From the sequence record NC_028659.1: a stretch of DNA of 64,000 nt; one strand, given 5' to 3'. The stretch comes from Klebsiella phage vB_KpnM_KB57. Both the position numbers and the translations under genes were made by a program. Positions 29,547-36,994 of the stretch are shown piece by piece; within the stretch, counting starts at the first letter, position 1, and each line of letters starts with the position of its first letter. The notes under the pieces were generated by a model that worked only from the letters and a program-made list of their open reading frames with translations, was not told the DNA's origin and made no database searches.

Positions 29547-29631
29547 TGGCGACGAGCGTAGGAATTGAACCTACATAGAGCTAATGCTCGCGGATTAACA
29601 GTCCGCCGTTCTACCAATGAACCAGCTCGTC
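29547..29631 (-). tRNA. tRNA with Asn anticodon GUU and a long (class II-like) variable arm
   Basis: Clean cloverleaf: acceptor GACGAGC/GCUCGUC, D GUUC-AUUGGUA-GAAC, anticodon stem GCGGA/UCCGC, loop CUGUUAA. Variable arm is a 15-nt stem-loop GAGCAUUAGCUCUAU. T-arm GUAGG-UUCAAUU-CCUAC; disc G + CCA. Confidence 0.45.
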
Positions 29632-29691
29632 ATTTAAATACTTTATCAGTGAAAACAACCTTTTGCAAGAATTATTTTAACCGATTCAATT

Positions 29692-29768
29692 TGGTGGGAA
29701 GGGAGGGATTTGAACCCATCGTCTCTTCGCTTAAAAGGCGAATGCCTGGCCGCTCGGCTACCTACCCA
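29692..29768 (-). tRNA. tRNA-Lys (TTT)
   Basis: Anticodon stem UUCGC/GCGAA, loop CUUUUAA; UUCAAAU T-loop; CCA encoded. Confidence 0.5.
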
Positions 29769-29847
29769 AATATTTGCCCCTTGACGGTATCCAACCCGTG
29801 ATCCCATCTCGCCTGTCGTAGACCGGGCTGCTGACAGTCCAGCAATT

Positions 29848-29940
29848 TGGAGGAAGATAATGGAGTCGAACCATCACCGGGGGATCGCCCCGATGGGCCA
29901 GGGTTCAAATCTGGTTGCGTACCACTACGCCCTATCTTCC
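29848..29940 (-). tRNA. tRNA-Ser (TGA)
   Basis: 93 nt with long variable stem-loop; acceptor GGAAGAU/AUCUUCC; anticodon loop UUUGAAC; CCA encoded. Confidence 0.5.
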
Positions 29941-30021
29941 GAATTCAATGGCATTTAAGCCAGTTAGTGTTTCCCTGGATTTATACACGCTGGTTCACTA
30001 ACCCCACACTCGTGTTTAAAT

Positions 30022-30115
30022 TTGGCGGAAGATGCAAGACTTGAACTCGCACACCCCTTTCGGAGCTACTGTCTCTTTAGCAAAGAGATCCCTTACCTGA
30101 TTAGGGTTAATCTTC
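30022..30115 (-). tRNA. tRNA-Ser (GCT)
   Basis: 94 nt, long variable arm, anticodon loop UUGCUAA, T-arm GCGAG-UUCAAGU-CUUGC, disc G + CCA. Confidence 0.5.
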
Positions 30116-30262
30116 CAATTGTTCTTTAATTTCTTTACGAAGATCTTCTTTTTCTTTCGCACGAGTAATAGGGACTGATTGAATTTCTTCTGCAACACCA
30201 CAGTTACTACCGTGGAGCCTACAGCGTCCAAACACTTTCTTGCAACGCAAAAGTTTCTGCAT
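30106..30262 (-). CDS. small Cys-rich protein (51 aa) inside tRNA cluster
   Basis: ATG preceded by GGAGGATTT. Sequence MQKLLRCKKVFGRCRLHGSNCGVAEEIQSVPITRAKEKEDLRKEIKEQLED; its last codons and stop (GAA GAT TAA) overlap the 5' end of tRNA-Ser(GCT). Confidence 0.35.
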
Positions 30263-30277
30263 AAATCCTCCATAAAG

Positions 30278-30368
30278 TGGCGGTGGAAGTAGGATTCGAA
30301 CCTACGGACCCCTTTTGGGGGCCTACACCTTTCCAAGGTGCTGTCTTAAACCTCTCGACCATTCCACC
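30278..30368 (-). tRNA. tRNA-Ser (GGA)
   Basis: 91 nt, long variable arm AGGCCCCCAAAAGGGGUCC, anticodon stem GCACC/GGUGU loop UUGGAAA, CCA encoded. Confidence 0.5.
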
Positions 30369-30453
30369 AAATTCGCGGCAGATATCGTACAAACGAAAAT
30401 CTCGACTAGAACACATGACGTGGGAAGATAGAGATAATCACGTATCTGCAAAT

Positions 30454-30529
30454 TGGGGTGACCTATGGGACTTGAACCCATGACTGCCCGGATCACAACC
30501 GGGAATTCTACCAACTGAATTAAGGCCAC
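30454..30529 (-). tRNA. tRNA-His (GTG)
   Basis: Anticodon stem CCCGG/CCGGG, loop UUGUGAU; disc C + CCA. Confidence 0.5.
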
Positions 30530-30589
30530 ATTTCAGTGCTCTCTTTGATGCCGCTGTACGAAGTACGGAAGCTGGAAAGCACTCAAAAA

Positions 30590-30664
30590 TGGCAGGAGAT
30601 GGTGGATTCGAACCACCGATGCTGATATCAAAGACCAGTGCCGTAACCGCTTGGCTAATCTCCT
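30590..30664 (-). tRNA. tRNA-Gln (TTG)
   Basis: T-arm GGUGG-UUCGAAU-CCACC, anticodon stem CUGGU/AUCAG loop CUUUGAU; CCA encoded. Confidence 0.5.
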
Positions 30665-30778
30665 ATACGCGCCTCGTGATCCTTGGTAATTTGTATATCT
30701 CTGTTGCAAATAGAGGCTAGTGACAAATACGGTAATCAAAAGACGACTTCGTGGATGCCTCCACTCTCCCACCGGATA

Positions 30779-30855
30779 TGGCAGGGACCCTGGGATTCGA
30801 ACCCAGAACCTGCGGATTTGGAATCCGCTGCACTAGCCAGTTGTGCTAAGTCCCT
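30779..30855 (-). tRNA. tRNA-Trp (CCA)
   Basis: Anticodon stem GCGGA/UCCGC, loop UUCCAAA; T-arm CUGGG-UUCGAAU-CCCAG; CCA encoded. Confidence 0.55.
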
Positions 30856-30864
30856 ATAACGTAA

Positions 30865-30934
30865 CGGGGCGACCCTGAATCGAACAGGGAACTACCACTG
30901 ACGAGTGGCCTGTTTACCATTAGCCTATCGCCCC
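30865..30934 (-). tRNA. tRNA-like gene with 6-nt anticodon loop, no encoded CCA (identity undetermined)
   Basis: Good acceptor (GGGGCGA/UCGCCCC) and T-arm (CCCUG-UUCGAUU-CAGGG), but the anticodon arm GCCAC-UCGUCA-GUGGU has only a 6-nt loop; no CCA encoded. Confidence 0.3.
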
Positions 30935-31068
30935 CTTATTTGGTGCGGCAACACAGGTAATGAGTCTGCTCGGACATGAGAGGTGATCAACCTCCATAAA
31001 ATGCCAGCCGCAACATTAACCGGTATGTTTGCAGCCCCATCTTCGTGATGGCACGTTACCGCATTATT

Positions 31069-31144
31069 TGGCACTCCCACCGAGGATCGAACTCGGATTT
31101 CCAGATTGAAAGTCTGACGGCCTGTCCATTTAGCCGATAGGAGC
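31069..31144 (-). tRNA. tRNA-Glu (TTC)
   Basis: Anticodon stem UCAGA/UCUGG, loop CUUUCAA; T-arm CCGAG-UUCGAUC-CUCGG; CCA encoded. Confidence 0.45.
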
Positions 31145-31215
31145 ATTTTTTGGTGTGGTACTCTAAACAATTCTTCTGACGATACAGATGCCTCTTGTTT
31201 ATTTCCCACATTATT

Positions 31216-31289
31216 TGGAGCGTCTAGAGGGAATCGAACCCTACTCTGCGAGGCTTGGAAGGCCTGCGACACACCTCGTGCTTAGACGC
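31216..31289 (-). tRNA. tRNA-Gly (TCC)
   Basis: Anticodon stem AGGC/GCCU, loop CUUCCAA; disc U + CCA. Confidence 0.45.
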
Positions 31290-31296
31290 CTTAAAT

Positions 31297-31371
31297 TGGT
31301 GGGAGTATCTGGGATCGAACCAGAGACCTCTCGATTATCGATCGAGCGTTCTACCGCTGAACTATACCCCC
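31297..31371 (-). tRNA. tRNA-Ile (GAT) (C at position 33)
   Basis: D-arm GUUC-AGCGGUA-GAAC, anticodon stem CUCGA/UCGAG, loop UCGAUAA; CCA encoded. Confidence 0.4.
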
Positions 31372-31377
31372 ATTAAT

Positions 31378-31464
31378 TGGTGCGCCGTGATAGAGTCGAA
31401 CTACCCGAGCCTTTTGAGCAACAGATTTACAGTCTGTCCCGCTACCCCTACGGTCTAACGACGC
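31378..31464 (-). tRNA. tRNA-Tyr (GTA)
   Basis: 87 nt class II; anticodon stem ACAGA/UCUGU, loop CUGUAAA; disc A + CCA. Confidence 0.5.
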
Positions 31465-31466
31465 AT

Positions 31467-31817
31467 TTAACCTTGTTTGAACTGAACAATATCTGTTGTG
31501 AATGGCTTACTCATAGGAGTAGATTTCTTATCATCAACATTAGTTGTTTCAGCTTCTTCATTCTCTTCATCGAAGTAATCAGAAAGCATTTGTTCACCTT
31601 TCTCAATTACAAATCGAGCAATATTTTCCCTGATATTGTCCTTTGTTGTAGCGCTTGTCATAAGGTCTTTTAGCACTTTATGAGCATCAGGAATCATAGC
31701 AATCATATTGGTCTTAAGGTCAAGGATATTCTTCTCAAGCTGAATAGCATTAGACTCTTCTTTAAGGGGTCTACCTTTTCCTCTACGACGCTTTGTAAGT
31801 TGTTGTTTTACTGCCAT
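31467..31817 (-). CDS. small DNA-binding protein with N-terminal AT-hook-like motif (hypothetical)
   Basis: 116 aa; MAVKQQLTKRRRGKGRPLKEE contains an RGRP AT-hook core; acidic C-terminus; embedded in the tRNA cluster. Confidence 0.35.
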   Translation of the reverse strand: MAVKQQLTKRRRGKGRPLKEESNAIQLEKNILDLKTNMIAMIPDAHKVLKDLMTSATTKDNIRENIARFVIEKGEQMLSDYFDEENEEAETTNVDDKKSTPMSKPFTTDIVQFKQG

Positions 31818-31902
31818 AATAACCCCACTTATTAATGTTATCAGATTTAAATTTATCTGTCAAGGGCCATTTTATCATTTTTTATAAAAATATTCAACAA
31901 CT

Positions 31903-31976
31903 TGGAGCACGGTAGGTGAATCGAACACCTGACATTCGGTTTGCAGCCGAAGCTGTTGCCACTCCAGCAACCGTGC
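31903..31976 (-). tRNA. tRNA-Cys (GCA)
   Basis: D-arm GCUG-GAGUGGCAA-CAGC, anticodon stem UUCGG/CCGAA loop CUGCAAA; CCA encoded. Confidence 0.5.
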
Positions 31977-32092
31977 TTTTGTGGGACCCGATTATTTCAA
32001 TTCGCTCCCACACATTCGGGTCAAGACGTGTCCTATAGTCTTTCGACGCTTCCACAGCTCGGAGTAAACCCGTCCCGGCTGTCCTGTGAATT

Positions 32093-32174
32093 TGGCGAAG
32101 GCGGCAGGATTCGAACCCGCATACTCCAATTACTCGATTAACGACGGGTTAGAAGCCCGTTGAGATACGCCCTC
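32093..32174 (-). tRNA. aberrant tRNA-like gene with Arg(UCU)-type anticodon stem-loop
   Basis: Good acceptor (GAGGGCG/CGCCUUC, G, CCA) and T-arm (GCGGG-UUCGAAU-CCUGC), and a stem-loop ACGGG-CUUCUAA-CCCGU. There is no recognisable D-arm, and 23 extra nt lie between the anticodon arm and T-arm. Confidence 0.3.
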
Positions 32175-32183
32175 TTAAACTGA

Positions 32184-32258
32184 TGCGCCCTCCCGGACTC
32201 GAACCGGGAACCCTGGGGGCTTAACACCCATGCCTCTGCCAGATTGGACCAAGGACGC
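32184..32258 (-). tRNA. tRNA with Leu anticodon UAA but class I architecture, no encoded CCA
   Basis: Acceptor GCGUCCU/AGGGCGC, disc A; anticodon stem UGGGU/CCCCA, loop GUUAAGC; short variable loop; T-arm CCCGG-UUCGAGU-CCGGG. Confidence 0.35.
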
Positions 32259-32535
32259 AAAGCATTTATGTGCTGCGACTCTCTCAAAACACTTGTCGGG
32301 AGAAGGTCAAGAAATATCCGCGAAATACCCCTATCGTCACACCCTATGCAATGTCTGTCGTTTCGGTTTGCAACCCTTGCGACTTCTATTCCAAATGGAG
32401 AAAGCCCAGCCATAAATGTTTTGTGGAGCAGGGTGGTGGAATCTAACCACCTATGTATTCTCCACCGCACGTATGTAGCGGGGATATTTTCAGGTCTGGA
32501 TGGACCTCGCGGTTGACAAACCGCCTACCCTGCAT

Positions 32536-32610
32536 TGGCTTCTCGAACAGGAATCGAACCTGTACCGTCCCTATCGTGGGACCGCTCTAACCAAAGTAAG
32601 CTATCGAGAA
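32536..32610 (-). tRNA. tRNA-Ile (GAT)-like (C33)
   Basis: Acceptor UUCUCGA/UCGAGAA, disc G + CCA; anticodon stem GUCCC/GGGAC, loop ACGAUAG; T-arm ACAGG-UUCGAUU-CCUGU. Confidence 0.4.
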
Positions 32611-32616
32611 ATTGTT

Positions 32617-32692
32617 TGGTGCTCGCAGTAGGACTTGAACCCACGACCTTCTCCTTACAAGGGAGTTGCTCTACCAACTGAGCTATACGAGC
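32617..32692 (-). tRNA. tRNA-Thr (TGT)
   Basis: Canonical D-arm GCUC-AGUUGGUA-GAGC, anticodon stem ACUCC/GGAGA loop CUUGUAA, disc A + CCA. Confidence 0.6.
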
Positions 32693-32699
32693 AAGAAAT

Positions 32700-33090
32700 G
32701 CTGTTTCCGATTAACAGCCTGGAGGAGTCAGTTAGCCATATCTTGTGAGCTAAGATCCTATATCCAGGATTTAAGTAATCAAAGAAATTTTAGCTTTATG
32801 GTTTAGAAGTTTCAAGTTTAAACATTAAGCTTTGAACGATAATCTTTGAATGTTGAATGTTGAAGTCTTTCGAATTCGCGATTCGACAATTTCGATCAAA
32901 CCGCATCATTGTGCGGACTGACGGAAACATACGTTTAAGTATCATCCTGTACGATTATGTTCGGAGCAGTTTAACCTCCGGCCCCGGTAGAGGCAAGATG
33001 TTTCTGACTTCGCTAACCAAAAACAGCATTTAAAAACTTTACCAGCTATCCGCAGGAATTACAAGATGTTAATCAAGAATTCCTGCAAAT
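32700..33090. repeat. AT-rich non-coding region with short direct repeats (CTTTGAA/TGTTGAA units) upstream of the minus-strand tRNA cluster
   Basis: About 390 nt without ORFs; repeats such as aagctttgaacga, aatctttgaatgttgaatgttgaag and ttcgaattcgcgattcgacaatttcgatc. Confidence 0.35.
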
Positions 33091-33093
33091 ATT

Positions 33094-33741
33094 TTAGATT
33101 GATCCTTCAATCTCTACTTCAGTCCGTGCATTTGACTCGGAAAGAACAAAGTCAACGTTAGACTTAAAGTCTTCAATCTCTGCTTCCAGAGAACGAATGC
33201 GATCTGCCAGACCCAGTGGGTCAACAATGGAAGGAGTTCCCATGCTACGAACTGGCGCTTCTACTACAGCCAACTGTGCAGCGTCTGGCGCTTTATCACG
33301 TTGGACATATGGAGCACGAGCAGCTTCAAGCTTCGCCTCGAATTCCTGTGTATCACGGTTCAGGCGAACCTGAGCATGATTATACTGAGACTTCAGTTTG
33401 CCAAGCAGAAGCTCTTTGAAAACGATGGTGCGTTTACGTTCAATCGCCTGAGCTACGGTCATAGACTCGCCAGCGATCTCAACTTTTGTTACAGCGTTTG
33501 ACTGAACAACTTTCGCCTTCAGGTCGTCGCGAACAGCCAGAAGATCCTGAACACCCTGGAAGTCTGCCTGAGCAGATTTCTCGAAGTCCTCAACGCTCTG
33601 GATAGAGCCTGGGATCTGACGGTTTGCGTCAGTGCCTTTCGCGATGTGAATCGTGTTCAGCGCTTCGATACGCTTCTGAATCTTTTCCTCAACCTTGGTC
33701 AGGGTAGCCAGAGCGCGGGTTACAGACATCTTAGTAGACAT
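33094..33741 (-). CDS. coiled-coil protein (hypothetical)
   Basis: 215 aa, Ala/Glu/Lys/Val-rich heptad pattern; SD GAGAGGAG. Confidence 0.4.
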   Translation of the reverse strand: MSTKMSVTRALATLTKVEEKIQKRIEALNTIHIAKGTDANRQIPGSIQSVEDFEKSAQADFQGVQDLLAVRDDLKAKVVQSNAVTKVEIAGESMTVAQAIERKRTIVFKELLLGKLKSQYNHAQVRLNRDTQEFEAKLEAARAPYVQRDKAPDAAQLAVVEAPVRSMGTPSIVDPLGLADRIRSLEAEIEDFKSNVDFVLSESNARTEVEIEGSI

Positions 33742-33815
33742 AGAATTCTCCTCTCATGAAATTTAAAATTTGAGTTACTTCAAATATTTGCCGACATCCG
33801 TGTCGGCACTACGCA

Positions 33816-34427
33816 TTAGTTTTTGCCAGTGTTGACAACAACGCCCTGGCGGTTAGCATCAGCTTTTGCGATTTCCAGACGGGTTTCGCGTTCAGCCTTC
33901 AGATCACCACGCGCTGCTTCAAGCTGTTCTGTCAGCATTGCAATACGGTCATCCTTAGCCTTGCTATTCGCAGTAAGTTCTGCAATTGCAACCTTGTGAG
34001 CAGATTCCAGATTTGCCTTAACCGCATTCAGTTCGATTGCAGCGCTACGTTTAACGTCGGCAACTGCGCTTTCTACAGCTTCAGCATTGTTCTGCTGAGA
34101 GATCGCCAGCTCTGCACGAAGGTCTTCAACAACACCCGGTTCTACAGCTACAAGGCCGCGAGCTTTCAGGATAGAATTCAGAACGGAATCTTCGTTTTCC
34201 AGAACTTTGATCTTCAGCTTGGATTTTTCTTCTGCCAGTTTTTCGTTGAACTGAACTTCAATTTGTCCCAGTTCCTGCTGCTTAAACTGAATTTCCTGAC
34301 TGATCTTTTCAGACCCTTCTGCCAGAGATTGCAGTTCAGCGACTACTTTAGTCAGACCAGTAGCGGCAGTGGTTACTGCTTTAGTGGCACGTTCAGTTAC
34401 GGAAATTACAGTTTTAGAATCAGTCAT
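33816..34427 (-). CDS. coiled-coil protein (hypothetical)
   Basis: 203 aa, highly helical Ala/Glu/Lys-rich; AAGGAGAAC SD. Confidence 0.4.
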   Translation of the reverse strand: MTDSKTVISVTERATKAVTTAATGLTKVVAELQSLAEGSEKISQEIQFKQQELGQIEVQFNEKLAEEKSKLKIKVLENEDSVLNSILKARGLVAVEPGVVEDLRAELAISQQNNAEAVESAVADVKRSAAIELNAVKANLESAHKVAIAELTANSKAKDDRIAMLTEQLEAARGDLKAERETRLEIAKADANRQGVVVNTGKN

Positions 34428-34458
34428 TAAGTTCTCCTTTGCGTTAAATTAGGTTTAA

Positions 34459-34487
34459 ATACTACACTTACAGATTGTGTTTGTCAA
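34459..34487 (-). promoter_or_regulatory. sigma70-like promoter (minus strand) for coiled-coil gene
   Basis: On the minus strand, TTGACA - 17 nt - TAGTAT about 30 nt upstream of the ATG at 34427. Confidence 0.4.
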
Positions 34488-34605
34488 GCGAATCTTTGAT
34501 TATTTCTTCGGTGGTAGGGTTGTTTTCAAACCATGACCAATAATACCAAAGAACAAGCAGGAAAGAGATCACTGACATGATGATAAAGATAACACCGCCA
34601 CTCAT
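34468..34605 (-). CDS. small single-TM membrane protein (45 aa)
   Basis: MSGGVIFIIMSVISFLLVLWYYWSWF...; its ATG overlaps the upstream stop (ATGA). Confidence 0.35.
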   Translation of the reverse strand: MSGGVIFIIMSVISFLLVLWYYWSWFENNPTTEEIIKDSLDKHNL

Positions 34606-34838
34606 CGTACAACGTCCTTAATGGAGTCACAAACTTCACCAACGACGCCTGCGGTAGGTGATACGATAATCTCATCAGCGGCGTCAAGAACTTCTGCGGC
34701 TACATCTACAAAAGGTTCTGCAACAGTTGCCGTGACAACAACAGCAGTACCAACAATATCGCCAGCCATACGTAACAGGGATCCGAACATTTCGTTCTCC
34801 TTTTGGTTTAGATTTGAAACGAGAGCACTTTCGTCCAT
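34602..34838 (-). CDS. small hypothetical protein (78 aa)
   Basis: ORF with Val/Ala/Asp-rich sequence, coupled to the downstream small membrane ORF. Confidence 0.3.
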   Translation of the reverse strand: MDESALVSNLNQKENEMFGSLLRMAGDIVGTAVVVTATVAEPFVDVAAEVLDAADEIIVSPTAGVVGEVCDSIKDVVR

Positions 34839-34874
34839 TTAAGCTATCGCCCTGTGCCACTACGCGAGCCGGGC

Positions 34875-34918
34875 CAGCAAGAACGGGAGTCGAACCCGTA
34901 TCTCTCTCATTTCAAACT
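34875..34918 (-). pseudogene. tRNA 3'-half remnant (T-arm + acceptor strand)
   Basis: ACGGG-UUCGACU-CCCGU T-arm followed by a 7-nt acceptor-like strand, but no matching 5' half before the next tRNA. Confidence 0.3.
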
Positions 34919-34994
34919 TGGTGGGGCATGAAGGATTCGAACCTTCGACCTTCGGCTTAAGGGGCCGCTACACTAACCGCTGTGTTAATACCCC
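34919..34994 (-). tRNA. tRNA-Lys (CTT)-like (C33)
   Basis: Acceptor GGGGUAU/AUGCCCC, disc A + CCA; T-arm GAAGG-UUCGAAU-CCUUC; anticodon stem CGGC/GCCG with loop CCCUUAA. Confidence 0.4.
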
Positions 34995-35055
34995 GAAAAC
35001 ATGCCCGTGTTTTTAAAGACGTTTCACGGAATCGTCATTCCCCATGCCGGAGAAA

Positions 35056-35367
35056 TTACTTTTTCTTCTTACTCTTCGTGGCTACGGTTTCAACAACCTT
35101 AGTTTCCTTTACCTTACCAGCACGTTCACGCTTGGTCTTGCCTGTGCGGATGCGGTAAGAAGCAGAGATAATCTGACCACCTTCAATCCGGGTTTCGGAT
35201 TTATACTCTCCTTTACGGCGATCGAAAACTGATACGGTTTTCTCTACACCACCGAGACGCACATCGTGCGGCGCAGAATGAGTCTGAGTAGACTTCGACT
35301 CAAACTGGAAAGGCTGTTTGATAGCGTCGATGGCGGATACTTTCTTAGCAGTATTTTTCTTAGTCAT
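35056..35367 (-). CDS. basic Lys-rich protein (possible nucleic-acid-binding)
   Basis: 103 aa with a KKKK tail and many Lys/Arg residues. Confidence 0.35.
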   Translation of the reverse strand: MTKKNTAKKVSAIDAIKQPFQFESKSTQTHSAPHDVRLGGVEKTVSVFDRRKGEYKSETRIEGGQIISASYRIRTGKTKRERAGKVKETKVVETVATKSKKKK

Positions 35368-35459
35368 AATTTTCTCCTTTGCATTTTATTTGGGAATTTG
35401 TCCCGTTTATGTTCATGAGGATACTAACTCAATCAGATATCCTCGTCAACATTTTTAAT

Positions 35460-35537
35460 TGGTGGCCCCCGGAGGATTCGAACCTGCCTACCTCTCGATT
35501 ATGAGTCGATTGCTCATACCTAATGAGCTTGAGGGCT
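35460..35537 (-). tRNA. tRNA-Met (CAT), initiator-like unpaired 1:72
   Basis: Anticodon loop CUCAUAA; acceptor 5' AGCCCUC vs 3' GGGGGCC leaves an A1xC72 mismatch; CCA encoded. Confidence 0.45.
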
Positions 35538-35539
35538 TA

Positions 35540-35612
35540 TCGTTCAGAGTGGAATTGAACCACTGACCTTGTCCGTATGAAGAACCTGCTCTACCAACTG
35601 AGCTACTGAACG
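35540..35612 (-). tRNA. tRNA-Met/Ile2 (CAT), no encoded CCA
   Basis: Canonical D-arm GCUC-AGUUGGUA-GAGC, anticodon loop UUCAUAC, T-arm AGUGG-UUCAAUU-CCACU. Confidence 0.5.
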
Positions 35613-35628
35613 CTTGATGTGGTAGATA

Positions 35629-35823
35629 TTATAGATCACCTGTTTCATTGTCAACGTCTTTTTTACTATTACTGCAAATAAAACAGAAAATTTCTCTTTT
35701 AGGACCTATGTACTCCTTCCCGCAGTTAGTACAGGCTGAATGATAATACATACCCCGCAGACTTTCACCAGGCCAGTCTCTTTCAGAGAATGCGATGCAG
35801 TGATTAGAGGTCAGGTCGTTCAT
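35629..35823 (-). CDS. small Cys-rich (zinc-finger-like) protein
   Basis: 64 aa with HC...C..C...C..C pattern. Confidence 0.3.
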   Translation of the reverse strand: MNDLTSNHCIAFSERDWPGESLRGMYYHSACTNCGKEYIGPKREIFCFICSNSKKDVDNETGDL

Positions 35824-35936
35824 CAGTGTATACCTCTGGGAACAATTGTCTTGCCCTAGCCTTCATTTCAACAATGATGTCATTCAGTCTAAGACTGAGG
35901 CTATGCATTCTTTCTAAAGTTTCCATATAATGCCTC

Positions 35937-36056
35937 TCAGAAGTCTGGGTGCTCGTCAGAAGAAATCCCCTCTCCGAAACCAACGAAAACATCTACGTCT
36001 TCAGACTGACGAATCCCTTCGCCGTAACCAATAAAGCCGTCAAATTCATCTTTCAT
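35937..36056 (-). CDS. small repeat protein (40 aa)
   Basis: ATG preceded by AAAAGGAGCAAAACG; internal repeat GYGEGI / GFGEGI. Confidence 0.3.
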   Translation of the reverse strand: MKDEFDGFIGYGEGIRQSEDVDVFVGFGEGISSDEHPDF

Positions 36057-36119
36057 CGTTTTGCTCCTTTTCGTTTTGAACGAATGATCGCCGCTTCAGC
36101 ACGACGTTGTTTTCGATTC

Positions 36120-36365
36120 TTAAATTGTTCGGAAGATTCGGAGAGCGTATTTGATTGTGAGATCTTCATCATTGGGGTAGAAATAGTATAATCCACCTTC
36201 TTCACCGAAGGAGGCAACGTATTTCCAGGCTTCAATTCCAAAACCAGTTGTAGAAAAAGCGATCTCATCCGCTTCATCAGTAGCTTCATCCAGTTCCCTA
36301 TGATTCGATTCGTGTTCAATATACTCTCCGTTATCAGATTTATAAACGAGTTTTAGTTTAAACAT
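36120..36365 (-). CDS. small acidic hypothetical protein
   Basis: 81 aa; AGGA SD 5 nt upstream of the ATG. Confidence 0.3.
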   Translation of the reverse strand: MFKLKLVYKSDNGEYIEHESNHRELDEATDEADEIAFSTTGFGIEAWKYVASFGEEGGLYYFYPNDEDLTIKYALRIFRTI

Positions 36366-36439
36366 AGTGTCCTACCGTGTAAGTTGTTAAGAGTCAAGTT
36401 ATTTTGATAACTCAATCTTACCAGCGGACACCTTTTTTG

Positions 36440-36688
36440 TCAATCCATGATACCGGAGTCGTTGACACCACGACGGTATTCTGCTATGGAAAGTGCTCTG
36501 ATACGTTCTATGAACTCATCATCAGTTTCCCATTCACAGTCATCATCGTAATATTCATCAAGACCATCTTCAATCTCAGGAACCCAAGACTTCTTCTGAT
36601 CTTCATGAACAGATGCCCTATTGAAATCGTGTTTAGCGACTAAATTACGCACTGAAATCAGACCCCTTAATCTGTTTTGCGGTTTCAA
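36440..36688 (-). CDS. hypothetical protein
   Basis: 82-aa acidic ORF. Confidence 0.3.
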   Translation of the reverse strand: MKPQNRLRGLISVRNLVAKHDFNRASVHEDQKKSWVPEIEDGLDEYYDDDCEWETDDEFIERIRALSIAEYRRGVNDSGIMD

Positions 36689-36956
36689 CGAGATCTACAT
36701 TTCCCGTTTTCGTGTTTACCCAGCGGGTTTCGGTCTTTGTTGCGTGCATTGTATGTCCACAACCAAAGGAAATGATGCAAACACCTGGTCCATGAGCCTC
36801 AAGATCGGCTTCAAACTCCTGTTTACAGACTTTACATTCCATCATTACGGGTCCAAACATTTTAGGCTCCTTAATATAATACGGGTTTGTCGGTGTATTA
36901 TTACATGTCAGGCAATCATGTACCGGGACTTCATGCCACTTGCATGGATTTTCCAT
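36645..36956 (-). CDS. Cys-rich hypothetical protein (Zn-binding-like)
   Basis: 103 aa with multiple CxxC pairs. Confidence 0.3.
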   Translation of the reverse strand: MENPCKWHEVPVHDCLTCNNTPTNPYYIKEPKMFGPVMMECKVCKQEFEADLEAHGPGVCIISFGCGHTMHATKTETRWVNTKTGNVDLVETAKQIKGSDFSA

Positions 36957-36965
36957 AGTGTACCT

Positions 36966-36990
36966 ATCAGAAAAGCCCCCGAAGGGCTTA
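36966..36990 (-). terminator. rho-independent terminator after NAMPT gene
   Basis: Minus-strand AAGCCC-UUCG-GGGGCUU hairpin followed by UUUCUGAU. Confidence 0.55.
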
Positions 36991-36994
36991 TTGA

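Noticed and set aside
29911-29923. Apparent plus-strand tRNA 3' end (GGTTCAAATC...CCA)
   Set aside because: Resolved as part of the variable arm and T-arm region of the 93-nt minus-strand tRNA-Ser(UGA); no plus-strand acceptor pairing was found.
30016-30336. 106-aa minus ORF (and 30925..31272, 32138..32470, 30219..30529 and several plus ORFs) within the tRNA cluster
   Set aside because: They run straight through multiple tRNA genes; only the short 30106..30262 segment has a credible RBS and start.
33789-33806. 7-bp hairpin GCCGACA-UCCG-UGUCGGC between the two coiled-coil genes
   Set aside because: No U-run on either strand; more likely an RNA-stability or processing stem than a terminator.
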